This document shows positions 1 to 9,760 of a stretch of 64,000 nucleotides of DNA, one piece after another. Position 1 is the first letter of the stretch, and each line of letters opens with the position of its first letter. The stretch lies in NCBI GenBank assembly GCA_040218735.1, contig JAVJQW010000062.1:341838-405837 (forward strand). Reading direction: 5' to 3'. A program made the position numbers and the translations under genes. This stretch comes from Deltaproteobacteria bacterium (GTDB lineage Bacteria; Myxococcota; Kuafuiibacteriia; Kuafuiibacteriales; Kuafuiibacteriaceae). The notes under the pieces were generated by a model. It saw only the letters and a list, made by a program, of their open reading frames with translations. It did no database searches and had not been told where the DNA came from.

Positions 1-163
1 CGCGATCCACGCCGAGGCCGCGCTCCACGAACGCGGCGTAGCGTTGGTCGGTGACGTAGTGAATGGTGACGTCGGGATCGTGGGCGCGCAGCGCGCGGAT
101 CACTGGCTCGGTCAGGACAACGTCCCCCAGCGCGGTGAGGCGCATGACGAGAATCTGCGCCAC
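1..163 (-). CDS. Glycosyltransferase family 9 (LPS heptosyltransferase, WaaF/WaaC-like), 5' part only; runs off the window edge
   Basis: Not in the ORF track. Manual translation from GTG at 163 gives MAQILVMRLTALGDVVLTEPVIRALRAHDPDVTIHYVT, matching the GT9 N-terminal 'ILvirlsslGDvv...P....Lr' signature. Confidence 0.8.
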   Translation of the reverse strand, partial: MAQILVMRLTALGDVVLTEPVIRALRAHDPDVTIHYVTDQRYAAFVERGLGVDR

Positions 164-187
164 GGCGGGCGCACGATACCCCAATCT

Positions 188-1180
188 TCAGGCGTGCTGC
201 CGCGCCTTCCTCGAGGCGCCGCGGCCGTCGAGCCGATCGCGATCCTCGTGATACCCGAGCGCGCGGGTGCGGGCGTGCACCCGAGCCCCCGCGCCCAGGG
301 CGCCGACGCCGTCGAGCATCGACAGCCCCAGCACGACCGCCGGGACGAGCGCTCCGCCGACGCCGGGCACCTCGGCCATGTCCTGCTTGCCGATGGACGC
401 GAGGCTGCACGCGGCGCGTCCGGCCCACACGATGGGCGCGGCGAAGGCGCCCCCGAGGGGGGTGTGCGCTTCGACGATCGGCTTCGCGATCTGCGTGAGA
501 TCCCGACCGCGGAGGAACCGCAGCTGCACGAGCTCGCGCAGCCGATCCGGGAACCGGTGGACAGTCCGCGCCTCGGGCACGAACTGGATGCGCACCCCTG
601 CTTCGGCGAGCTGCATTCCGAGGAGCTGACAGTGGCCGCGGTAGAGGTCGTGGCCGACGGGGAACGGGTTGGCTTCGAACACGTCGCGGCGGAACGCGAC
701 GTTGTTCGCGTAGAAGTTCTTCGTCCACCGCGTTCCCTCGGTGAAGTACATGAAGTCGATCGTCGTCGCGGCGGCGCCGAGGACGCCTTCGCGGTAGGTC
801 GTGCGCCCCGCGGTGACCTTCGCGCCGTCCGCGAAGGGGGCGACGAGGTTCGACAGCCAGGCCTCGTCCGGCCAGCAGTCGGCGTCGGCGAAGACGACCA
901 CGTCGGCGGTCGTCGCCTCGAAGCCGAGGTTCTTGCCGGCGTAGTAGTCGTCGTCGGGTGCGATCGCGACGAGCGCGACGGACCGATCTGCGGCCGCTTC
1001 GATGCGCGGGGCGTAGGCCGCGAGTGGACCGTCGTGTGTCACGACGAGCTCGGTGAGCGGCTTGAGCTGCGGTCGAAGGTGTTCGAGCAGCCGAGTGAGC
1101 GAGCGCGTGACTCGCTCGGGGTCGGCGCCCGCGCCCTTCAGGTTGTGGGTCTCGAGGACCAGTGCAGTGCTCGTAGGCAT
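188..1180 (-). CDS. Glycosyltransferase family 2 (GT-A fold)
   Basis: Start moved to ATG 1180 (MPTSTALVLE). Contains 'GKNLGFEATTADVVVFADADC' with the DxD motif. Confidence 0.8.
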   Translation of the reverse strand: MPTSTALVLETHNLKGAGADPERVTRSLTRLLEHLRPQLKPLTELVVTHDGPLAAYAPRIEAAADRSVALVAIAPDDDYYAGKNLGFEATTADVVVFADADCWPDEAWLSNLVAPFADGAKVTAGRTTYREGVLGAAATTIDFMYFTEGTRWTKNFYANNVAFRRDVFEANPFPVGHDLYRGHCQLLGMQLAEAGVRIQFVPEARTVHRFPDRLRELVQLRFLRGRDLTQIAKPIVEAHTPLGGAFAAPIVWAGRAACSLASIGKQDMAEVPGVGGALVPAVVLGLSMLDGVGALGAGARVHARTRALGYHEDRDRLDGRGASRKARQHA

Positions 1181-2436
1181 CGGTGATTCCTTTCGTCGAT
1201 CAGGAGGTGGAGGGTCCGGCGCCAGTCGCCGGCGATCGTGGCGACCGCTTCGCCCGGGGGCGCCCGACGCGCGCGTTCGATCGCGGCGGGGAGCGCATCG
1301 GGCGTGGCGACGTCGACGACCTCGAAGTCGCGGCCCAGCCGTGTGAGGTTCTCGCGTTGCTCCGGCTGGCGGGACCGCAGCGCGACGTAGGCGACGCCCG
1401 ACGCCTTCACGGCGGTCAGCGTCGCAACGCCGGGCGCGGAGACTACGACATCGGCGGCCGCGAGTTTGTCCGCGAGGTCCGCATCGTAGGCGACCCACCC
1501 GGGACGCCCCGCGAAGCCCTCGCCCACCGCGTAGAGGCGGCCGGGCGTAGACTCCAGCGCCGCCGCGAGGCGGGGGTCCGCGAAGTGCGGGTTCAGGTAG
1601 GCGACGACGAGCCGCTCGTCGGAGCCGACGCCGAGCGCACGGCGCACCGCCTCGCGCGAGCGACGCGGCGGCTCCACGAGCGGGCGGAGGCGGGTGCCTT
1701 CCGGGTCGGCGTCGACCGCGTACTCGATGCGCGCGAAGGCGCGACGCAGGGCCCGCGCGAGGAGCCGGGCGAACAGGCCCGAGGGGACCTCGGCGCCGGA
1801 GCGTCGGGGCCCGTGCTGCGAACGCGAAAGGACCTGGTGAGCGTGCGAAGGAATCGGCGCGTCGATTCGGCCGACGTCGGCGCCCGGCGCTCCGGACGAC
1901 CCGGGCACCGCGGTGGCCACGGAACCGACGCGGGCGTTCGGGACACGGGACGACGCCGCGCGCGCTTCGGTCTTCCTCCCCGGCGAGCGGAGGGACTCGC
2001 GGCGACCGCCGCCGATCTCCACCACCGCCTCCAAGAGCGTCGTCCCGAAGACGTGGACGATCGGTACGACGAGAGGGTCGAAGAGGAGCGATGCGATCAG
2101 GGTCGCCGGGTGGAGCGCGTCGTCGACGATCAGGTCGTAGTCCTCGGCCGAGCGGCGTAGGCGGCGCACATCGCCGAACGCGTCGCGGGCCAGGTACCGC
2201 AGGAGTCGTCCTTGCGTGCGCCCGCGCTCGAGGTGCTGCTGCGCGTCGAACGCCAACGCGTAGCCGCGACCGAGCACGTGCGCCGGGGTTCCGAGGGCGG
2301 CGAGGAAGGCGACGCCCGCGTCGCTCGTGGTCACCACGTCGACCTCGACCGAAGGCGCGAGCATCCGGCGCGCGCGGCGTGCGCGCATCAGGTGCCCCCG
2401 CGCGTCGGCGACGGCGATCCAGAGGATCCGGCTCAC
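1138..2436 (-). CDS. GT-B fold glycosyltransferase-like protein with a low-complexity internal insert
   Basis: GTG 2436 overlaps the upstream stop. N-terminal 'ILWIAVADARGHLMRA' and C-terminal 'LAAADVVVSAPGVATL...QPEQRENL' resemble GT28/MJ1255-type motifs. Confidence 0.65.
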   Translation of the reverse strand: MSRILWIAVADARGHLMRARRARRMLAPSVEVDVVTTSDAGVAFLAALGTPAHVLGRGYALAFDAQQHLERGRTQGRLLRYLARDAFGDVRRLRRSAEDYDLIVDDALHPATLIASLLFDPLVVPIVHVFGTTLLEAVVEIGGGRRESLRSPGRKTEARAASSRVPNARVGSVATAVPGSSGAPGADVGRIDAPIPSHAHQVLSRSQHGPRRSGAEVPSGLFARLLARALRRAFARIEYAVDADPEGTRLRPLVEPPRRSREAVRRALGVGSDERLVVAYLNPHFADPRLAAALESTPGRLYAVGEGFAGRPGWVAYDADLADKLAAADVVVSAPGVATLTAVKASGVAYVALRSRQPEQRENLTRLGRDFEVVDVATPDALPAAIERARRAPPGEAVATIAGDWRRTLHLLIDERNHRCLRALHWSSRPTT

Positions 2437-3230
2437 GCGTTCGCCCTCGGTACGAGGTCGAACAGCGCGAGCTCGGGTGCGGTGCCGCGCCCGTAGCGCA
2501 GGCCGCGCCGCGTGTGGCCGAGCCCCGCGTTCACGTACAGCAGCGCGTCGTCGACGGCGGTGGATCCCGAGAGGAACGGCATCCCGCGGCGCCGCGCGAC
2601 GGCGGCGGTCAGCACCGGTACGCGGACCTGGCCGCCGTGGGTGTGTCCGCTGAGGATCAGGCGCGCCCCGCCCTGCTCGACGATCGGCACCGCGATCCCC
2701 GGCGAGTGGGAGAGCACGAGGTGGTCGGCGTCGGGCGCACCGGCGAAGGCGGCTTCGACGTCGTGGTGGTGCGTCACCGAGTCGTCGATCCCGACCACCG
2801 AGACCCCCGCCGCTTCCGCGCGACCGTTCACGAGGACCTTCGCGCCCGCGCGGGTGAGGAGCTCGGCGATCGCCTTCGCGTCCGTCCAGTGATCGTGATT
2901 GCCGAGCGTCGCGAGCTTGGGCCCCGGGAGCGCGCGCACGAACGCCTCCAACCGCGAGGCGTGCGTGAGGGAGTGGTTCACGTAGTCGCCCGTGAGCACC
3001 ACGAGATCCGGGCGCGCTTCGATCGTCGCCTCCACCGCCGCCGCGAGCATCGCGGGCGGCGTCGACCAACCCACGTGCACGTCCGTCAGGTGCGCGACGC
3101 GGACCCTACGCCGCGTCCGCCACGGCACCTCGTGCCGCGTAACGCGGAGCCGATGATGGGAGGCGAGGAACACACCACCCGCCGATACGATCGCGGCGCC
3201 GCCGCCGATGAGGAGCTTCCGTCGAGTCAT
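2433..3230 (-). CDS. Metallophosphoesterase (YkuE/YaeI-like) with a twin-arginine-like N-terminus
   Basis: Motifs LTDVH, TGDY, LGNHD and SGHTHGGQ; N-terminus TRRKLL followed by a hydrophobic stretch. Confidence 0.88.
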   Translation of the reverse strand: MTRRKLLIGGGAAIVSAGGVFLASHHRLRVTRHEVPWRTRRRVRVAHLTDVHVGWSTPPAMLAAAVEATIEARPDLVVLTGDYVNHSLTHASRLEAFVRALPGPKLATLGNHDHWTDAKAIAELLTRAGAKVLVNGRAEAAGVSVVGIDDSVTHHHDVEAAFAGAPDADHLVLSHSPGIAVPIVEQGGARLILSGHTHGGQVRVPVLTAAVARRRGMPFLSGSTAVDDALLYVNAGLGHTRRGLRYGRGTAPELALFDLVPRANA

Positions 3231-3320
3231 CACGCCGTCGACGGTGCCTGGTCACGCGGCGCCGAGGGTGGACGGCCCAGGGAACTTTCGTGGCAGTTGC
3301 GTGGCGGTATCGGATGGCTT

Positions 3321-4250
3321 CTAGAAGATCGAGGTGCCGGTCTTGGTCGTCAGCAGCTCGAGCGCCATCGTGCCTGCGAGGGAGTTGCCCTTCTTGCCGA
3401 GGCCCGGGGACCACGTCGTGGCGACGAACTGGCCAGGGAGCACCGCGACGATGCCGCCGCCGACGCCGCTCTTGGCCGGGAGGCCGACGCGGTAGGCGAA
3501 GTCGCCCGCCTCGTCGTAGACGCCGCAGGTCAGCATGACGGCGTTGAGGCGTTTGGCCTGGCGGGCGGTGACGACGGTCTCGCCCGACGGCGCGCGGCCG
3601 CCGGTCGCGAGGAACGTGAACGCGCGGCACAGCCCGCGGCAGCTCATGGAGACCGAACACAGCTTGCAGTACGCCTCCATCACGGCCTCGGGATCCTCGC
3701 GCAGCACGCCGAACGAGTTGAGGAAGTGCACGACGGCGCGGTTGCGGTCGCCGGTCGCCAGCTCCGCTTCGGCGACCTCCAGGTCGTAGTCGATCGTCGG
3801 GTCGCCGGCCGCCTGACGGATGAACTGCAGGACGGGATCGACGCTGCCGCGGCTGGCGTGGAGGATCGTGTCCATCACCACGAGCGCGCCCGCGTTGATC
3901 ATCGGGTTGCGCGGGACGCCCTCCTCGACTTCGAGCTGGATCAGCGAGTTGAACCGCGTGCCGGAGGGCTCGCGGCCGACACGCTCCCAGACGTCGTCGC
4001 CGACGAGCTTCATCGCCAGCGCGAGGCTCAGCACCTTCGCGATGCTCTGGATGGAGAACGGCGTGTCCGCATCACCCACGTGGTACTCGGCGCCGTCGAC
4101 CTTGCGCAGCGCCATGCCGAACTGCTGCGACTCGACGTTGGCGAGCGACGGGATGTAATCGGCGACCTCCCCGCCGCTCAGCAGCTCGGCGCACTCGGAC
4201 TCGATCTCGCGCAGGATGTTCGCGTAGTCCACGGTCTCGGACCGTAACAT
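3321..4250 (-). CDS. glsA: Glutaminase
   Basis: VADYIPSLA, FSIQSIAK (S-x-x-K), VGREPSG, NPMINAGA, PAKSGVGGG, GNSLAG. Confidence 0.95.
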   Translation of the reverse strand: MLRSETVDYANILREIESECAELLSGGEVADYIPSLANVESQQFGMALRKVDGAEYHVGDADTPFSIQSIAKVLSLALAMKLVGDDVWERVGREPSGTRFNSLIQLEVEEGVPRNPMINAGALVVMDTILHASRGSVDPVLQFIRQAAGDPTIDYDLEVAEAELATGDRNRAVVHFLNSFGVLREDPEAVMEAYCKLCSVSMSCRGLCRAFTFLATGGRAPSGETVVTARQAKRLNAVMLTCGVYDEAGDFAYRVGLPAKSGVGGGIVAVLPGQFVATTWSPGLGKKGNSLAGTMALELLTTKTGTSIF

Positions 4251-4257
4251 CCCCGCG

Positions 4258-5505
4258 TCAGCGCGCTTCGGTCGGCCAGTCGCCCACCGCGCGTGTGAGC
4301 CGCAGCGCGGCAGCGCTCGCCTCGAAGCGCTCCTGCGCGAGCGCCTGCGCGGCGTCGTACTCGGCGACGGCGGCGTCGGCCTGCTCGAGCGCGCTCGCGA
4401 GCCCCTGCGTGAAACGCGCGCGGACCTCCTCCGCGTTCTCGCGCGCGACCTCGAGCCGCGCCTCGGCCTGCGCGACGGCGGCCTGCGCCGTGTTCAGATC
4501 CGTGCGCGCCTGGGAAAGCTCCAGCTTCACCTGCCGCAGCTGCTTCGACAGCGCGAGCTCCGATTCGCGTGTGTCGGCCGCCCGCTGGCGCGCGATCGCG
4601 TAGCGCGCTCCGCCGTCCCACAGCAGCCATTCGGCCGTCGCCGAGAGGCTCCAGTTCGCGACGCGCTGCTGAAAGCCCGTCTCGTTCGTGAGGCTCGCCT
4701 CGGCCGCGACCCCCACGGTCGGGAGCAGCCCGTACCACGGCTCGCGCGCGGCGATGCGGTTCGCTTCGAGCTCACGGCGCAGGGTCTCGAGGTCCGGGCG
4801 CGCTTCGGTGGCGGTCGCGAGCAGCTCCGCTTCCCCGCCCGTCGGCGCGGTCTGGTCGGGCTCTTCGAGCTGTCCGTCCACGGCCCGCCCGACGACGAAG
4901 CCGAGCGACAACCGCAGCTGCCGCGCGGCGTTGTCGGCGCGCGTGGCTTCCAGCTTCGCCGTCGCGACCTCCAGCTTCGCGCGGTTCAACACGTTCTTCG
5001 CGGTGAGCCCGGCCTCGAAGCGGGCGTTCACGTTGTCGAAGGTCTCCTGCGCCAGCTCGAGCCGACGCTCCGCGGCCGCCCGCGCGCGCTCGCCCGCGAG
5101 GACCGCGACGTACAGATCCGCGACCTCGAACGCGAGCGTTCGCCGCAGCTCGACGTTCTTCGCCTCCGCCGCGCCGACGTCCGCGCCGGACTTCGACAGG
5201 CGCGCGAGCGCCGGGGCGTCGAACACGGTGAGCTCGGCGCGCGCCTGCGCAGACAGCGCGTTCAGCCGGTTGATGAACCGCTCCTCGCCGTCTTCGCCCG
5301 GGAAGCTCACCTGAAACGCACGGCGCCGGTACGTCCCGGAAACCGAGACCGCGCCGAACAGATCCGCCCACGCCTCCCGCCGCTGCGCCTCGGCGCGCTC
5401 GATCACGAGCTTCGCGCTCTCGGCGCCTTCGTTCTTCGCGAGCGCCTCCGTCACCAACGCGTCCATCGAAACGGTCTGCGCCGCCAGCAAGAGCCCGAGG
5501 ATCAC
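4258..5505 (-). CDS. TolC-family outer membrane efflux protein
   Basis: Two OEP-like helical repeats ('RFEAGL', 'RFTQGLAS'); lies directly downstream of the RND gene; GTG 5505 overlaps the RND stop. Confidence 0.88.
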   Translation of the reverse strand: MILGLLLAAQTVSMDALVTEALAKNEGAESAKLVIERAEAQRREAWADLFGAVSVSGTYRRRAFQVSFPGEDGEERFINRLNALSAQARAELTVFDAPALARLSKSGADVGAAEAKNVELRRTLAFEVADLYVAVLAGERARAAAERRLELAQETFDNVNARFEAGLTAKNVLNRAKLEVATAKLEATRADNAARQLRLSLGFVVGRAVDGQLEEPDQTAPTGGEAELLATATEARPDLETLRRELEANRIAAREPWYGLLPTVGVAAEASLTNETGFQQRVANWSLSATAEWLLWDGGARYAIARQRAADTRESELALSKQLRQVKLELSQARTDLNTAQAAVAQAEARLEVARENAEEVRARFTQGLASALEQADAAVAEYDAAQALAQERFEASAAALRLTRAVGDWPTEAR

Positions 5506-8500
5506 GCCTTCACCCCCCGCAACCGCCACAACACCACGAACGCCGCCGGGACCACGAACAGCGTGAGCACCGTCGACAGCGCCAACCCGCCCAGGACGAT
5601 CGCGCCGACGCCGCGGTACAGCTCCGAGCCGCTCCCCGGGAACAACACGAGCGGCGACAGCCCCGCGATCGACGTGAGCGCCGACATGAAGATCGGCCGG
5701 ATGCGCCGCGACACCGCGCGCTCCAGCGCGACGTCCAGCGGCTCACCCGCGCGCAGGTTCGTTATCGCGCCATCCACCACGAGGATCGCGTTGTTCACCA
5801 CGACGCCGATCAGGATGACGAAGCCGATCGCCGTCAGCATGTCGAACGTCTGGGCGCCGAGGAACCGATCCACCAACAACAGCGCCACCACCCCGCCCGC
5901 CGCGGCGAGCGGCACCGTCACCATCACCGCGATCGGCGCGAGGAAGTCTTCGAACAGCGCGGCCATGAGGAGGAAGCTGATCACCACCGCGAGCAACAAG
6001 ACCTGGAACAGGCGCACCTTCGCGAGCTCGAGCTGCCCGGCGGTCCCCGAGAGCGACACGTCGATCTCACTCGGGATGACCCCCTCGCTTCGCAGCCGCT
6101 GCACCACCTGCGTGCGGATCGTGTTCATCGCGTCCTCGAGCGCGACGTCGTCCGGAGGGGACACCGCGATGGTGATCGAACGGCTCCGCTCGATGCGGCG
6201 GATGACCGTCGGCCCGAGCGCCTCGTCCACCGTCGCGACCGCGCGCAGCGGCACGACCCCGCCCGTCGGCGTCGCGACCGGCGCCGCCGACAGCGCGCTC
6301 ACGTCCACGAGCCCTCGCTGATCCTTCGAGCCCTTCGCGGTGAGCACGACGTCGATCTTCGGCTCACCCTCGCGCCCGTACTCGCCGATGATCGCGCCGT
6401 CGATCAGCGCGTCGACGGCGAGCCCGATGTCCGCGCCCGACAACCCGACCTCCGCGGCGCGCGCGCGGTCGGGGCGTACGCGGTACTCGGGGGCGCCGTG
6501 ATCCAGGGAGGGGATCGGCCGCACCTGCGCGCCCGGGATCGCCTCCCGCACCGCGCCGAGGATCGCGCCACCGGTGTCGACGAGCTGTCCCAGGTCCTGG
6601 CCGCCGATGTCGATCTCCACGCCGCGGCCGCCGCCGATGCTGCGCCCGAACAGGCTCGCCTGCGTGGCGATCGGGAACATGCCCGGCACGGTCGCGAGGA
6701 GCTCTCGGTACCAAGCGACGAACTCCTGCGTGCGGTTCTCGTCGACCACGCCGGCGCCCATCAGCCCGTTCTCCGGTCGCCCCACGTAGAACGAACGCGA
6801 CACCGCCGGCACCCCGTCGACCTCCTGCTCGATGTGTTTCGCAACCTCGGTCTGGATGCGCTCGCCGATGACGCGCATCTCCTCGACCGAGTACCCGGGC
6901 GGCGGCACGAGGATGCCAAACGCAAAGGCGCGGTTGCCGGTCGGGAGGTACTCCATCGAGGGCAGCAGCATCACCGTCGCGCCGCCCGCGACGACCAGCG
7001 CCGCCCCCATCACCGCGAACGAGCGCCACCACGAGCGCGCGAGCTTCGCGACCACGCCGCCCGTCGCGTCGCGGAACCGCACGCCGACGTCCTCCAGCTT
7101 GCCGAGGTTGAACGACTTGCCCTCGCGCCCTTCGAGCAGCACGCGTGCGAAGCTCGGGATCACGAGCACCGAGACGACCAGCGACACGATGACCGCCGTG
7201 GAGATCGCGACCGCGATGTCGCGGAGGATCTCGCCGACCTCGTCCTGCCAGGTGATGATCGGGATGAACACCACCGCGGTGGTGAGCGTGCTCGCGACGA
7301 TTGCACCCCACACCTCGCGGGTCGCGATGATCGCGGCGTCGCGGATCGTCCCGCGCTCCTTCTGCACCGTGTCGATGTTCTCGAGCACGACGATCGCGTT
7401 GTCCACGACCATACCCACCGCGAACGCCATCCCCGCGAGCGACACCACGTTGATCGTGCGCCCGAGCAGCGACATGCCGAGCGCCGTCCCGAGCGTACAC
7501 ACCGGGATCGCGACGGCGACCACCGCCGACGAACGCACGCTCCGCAGGAAGATCAGCAACACCAGCACCGCGAGCAACCCGCCGACGAAGAGGTTCTGGC
7601 GCACGAGGTCGAGCGCCGCCTCGATGTACCCGGTCTGATCCGACACCACCGTCAGCTTCAGACCGCGCGGCGCCATCGTCGTCGCCTCGAGCTCCGCGGT
7701 GAGGTCCTTCACCTGCCGCGTGACCTCCAGGACGTTCGTCCCCGCCTCCCGGAACAGGAGGAACACCATCGACGGCGAGTCGTCCGAGAACACGTGCGCC
7801 TGCGGCTTGCGCAAGCCGAGTTGCACGGTCGCCACGTCCTGCAGTCGCACCGGCGCACCATCGACTACCGCGAGCACCGCGTCCGCCAGCTCCTCGGGCT
7901 GCTCCGGCGCGAGGGGGGTCCGCACCAACAGACGGCGCTTGCCGACGGTGACGTCACCACCCGACACGTCGACCAGCTCGGAGCGGAGCTTCGAGACGAC
8001 CGCGCCGATCGTGAGCCCACGGGCCGCGAGCGCCGTCTCGTCGAACGCCACCTCCAGCTCGCGGTCGCGCCCGCCGATCAGCAAGACACGCGCGACCCCG
8101 GGGATGCGTTCGTAGAGCGGCTGCAGGCGCTGCTCGACCCACGTTCGGTACTGCGTGACGTCGCCCGCCGCCTTCGAGGTGATCGTGATGACCGCGAGCG
8201 GCGGCCCCGAGGTGTTCGACGCGGAGATGACCGGCTGGCGTGCGTTCTGCGGGTACTGCGGGACCTGTGAGAGCAGGTTCGTCACGCGGACAAGCGCCTC
8301 CTCGATCGGCGTGCCGACCTCCAGCTCCAACGTGATGGTGCCGACCTCCAGGCGCGCCTCGGACTCCATCCGCACCAGACCGGAGAGGCTCTTGAGCGCC
8401 TCCTCCTGCTCTTCGAGGATCTCCGACTCCACCTCGGTCGGCGCCGCGCCCGGCCACACCGTGGTCACCGTCAGCGTCGGCACCGCGATGTCCGGCGTGA

Positions 8501-8618
8501 GCTGAATCGGCAGGCGCATGATCGCCAGGACGCCGAACATCACCGTGAGCACGACGCCCACGAGCACCGTCACCGGCCGCGCGACTGCGGTCGCGACCGG
8601 CCCCGAACCGGGGCTCAC
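5502..8618 (-). CDS. RND efflux permease, AcrB/AcrD/AcrF family
   Basis: 1038 aa with 'GMVVDNAIVVLEN', 'GVVVNNAILVVD' and 'RIRPIFMSALT'. Confidence 0.95.
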   Translation of the reverse strand: MSPGSGPVATAVARPVTVLVGVVLTVMFGVLAIMRLPIQLTPDIAVPTLTVTTVWPGAAPTEVESEILEEQEEALKSLSGLVRMESEARLEVGTITLELEVGTPIEEALVRVTNLLSQVPQYPQNARQPVISASNTSGPPLAVITITSKAAGDVTQYRTWVEQRLQPLYERIPGVARVLLIGGRDRELEVAFDETALAARGLTIGAVVSKLRSELVDVSGGDVTVGKRRLLVRTPLAPEQPEELADAVLAVVDGAPVRLQDVATVQLGLRKPQAHVFSDDSPSMVFLLFREAGTNVLEVTRQVKDLTAELEATTMAPRGLKLTVVSDQTGYIEAALDLVRQNLFVGGLLAVLVLLIFLRSVRSSAVVAVAIPVCTLGTALGMSLLGRTINVVSLAGMAFAVGMVVDNAIVVLENIDTVQKERGTIRDAAIIATREVWGAIVASTLTTAVVFIPIITWQDEVGEILRDIAVAISTAVIVSLVVSVLVIPSFARVLLEGREGKSFNLGKLEDVGVRFRDATGGVVAKLARSWWRSFAVMGAALVVAGGATVMLLPSMEYLPTGNRAFAFGILVPPPGYSVEEMRVIGERIQTEVAKHIEQEVDGVPAVSRSFYVGRPENGLMGAGVVDENRTQEFVAWYRELLATVPGMFPIATQASLFGRSIGGGRGVEIDIGGQDLGQLVDTGGAILGAVREAIPGAQVRPIPSLDHGAPEYRVRPDRARAAEVGLSGADIGLAVDALIDGAIIGEYGREGEPKIDVVLTAKGSKDQRGLVDVSALSAAPVATPTGGVVPLRAVATVDEALGPTVIRRIERSRSITIAVSPPDDVALEDAMNTIRTQVVQRLRSEGVIPSEIDVSLSGTAGQLELAKVRLFQVLLLAVVISFLLMAALFEDFLAPIAVMVTVPLAAAGGVVALLLVDRFLGAQTFDMLTAIGFVILIGVVVNNAILVVDGAITNLRAGEPLDVALERAVSRRIRPIFMSALTSIAGLSPLVLFPGSGSELYRGVGAIVLGGLALSTVLTLFVVPAAFVVLWRLRGVKA

Positions 8619-9670
8619 GGCTGGACCGCCTGGCCCGGACGCAGACGCTCGTTGCCGCGCACGACGACCACGTCACCGGCCGCGAGACCTTCACCGCGCA
8701 CCAGCGCCTTGCCTTCCGCCTTCGCGATGACGTCCACGATCATCGGCGAGGCCTTCCCATCGACGACGCGCACGATCCGCGTGTTGGTCGGCGACGGGAG
8801 GAGCGCGTCCTCCGGTACCACGACCCCGTCTCCCTGCAGCGACACGGGGAACTCGACCTCGACCGCGCCGCCCGGGAGCAGCGACGTCGAGCCCTTCGCG
8901 CCGACCCGCACGCGCAGCGTCCGCGACTGCGGCGACAGCGCGGGCACCACGCCGAGTACCTCACCGTCCACCGGCGGCTTCGCGAGGATCCGCACCGCGT
9001 CGCCCGCCGACACGCGCCCGTACAGCTCACGCGCCGCGTCCACGAGGATCTCCACGTCCGCGGTGGAGACCAGCTCCATCACCGCGTCGCCGGGGCGCAC
9101 CCAATCACCAACGTCCGCGACTCGGCGCGCGACCACGCCGTCGAACGGCGCGTACACGCGATGCAAGTTGAGTTGCGCGCGGGCCTCGGCGTGCTGAGCC
9201 TCCAGCCCCTTTTGCCGCGACGACAGCTCCCGCACCTTCGACTTGGCGCGCTCCAGCTCGATCGCCGCGACGACGTTCGCCTTCAGCGACTCCAACCGTT
9301 GCAGCTCGCGCTCCGCCTGTTCGAGCGCCTCCTGCCCGGCCTGCACCGACGCCGACGCCACCCCCACGCGCGCTGCGGCGAGCGCCGGGTCGACCTCCAC
9401 GAGGAGGTGACCCTTCTTCACGACGTCACCCTCGCGGGCGCGCACCTTCGTCACCGCGCCGCTCGCGCCCGAGGCGAGGCTCGCGCGCGCCGACGAGCGG
9501 ACGTCACCGAGGAACCGCCACCGATCCTGAATTGCGCCCGTCTCGACCGAAGCGGTCTCGACCCGTGCGGGCGGCGGCGCCGATTTTGTCTCCGGCTTCT
9601 TGGCTTCGGCTTCACACGCGACGGTCGCGAGGAGCAGCAGGGGGGCGATGCGCTGTGGATCGTGGGGCAC
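8615..9670 (-). CDS. RND periplasmic adaptor (membrane fusion protein), lipoprotein
   Basis: Lipobox-like TVAC; 'GDVVKKGHLL', 'APFDGVV', 'GLAAGDVVVVRG'. Confidence 0.92.
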   Translation of the reverse strand: MPHDPQRIAPLLLLATVACEAEAKKPETKSAPPPARVETASVETGAIQDRWRFLGDVRSSARASLASGASGAVTKVRAREGDVVKKGHLLVEVDPALAAARVGVASASVQAGQEALEQAERELQRLESLKANVVAAIELERAKSKVRELSSRQKGLEAQHAEARAQLNLHRVYAPFDGVVARRVADVGDWVRPGDAVMELVSTADVEILVDAARELYGRVSAGDAVRILAKPPVDGEVLGVVPALSPQSRTLRVRVGAKGSTSLLPGGAVEVEFPVSLQGDGVVVPEDALLPSPTNTRIVRVVDGKASPMIVDVIAKAEGKALVRGEGLAAGDVVVVRGNERLRPGQAVQP

Positions 9671-9760
9671 GGGTTCCTCGATGGTGCCGTCGACGTCCCC
9701 CCCGCGACGACGTCGCGGCGCCCCTCGGGAAACGTCTCAGCCGACCGGAAACAGGTTTCA

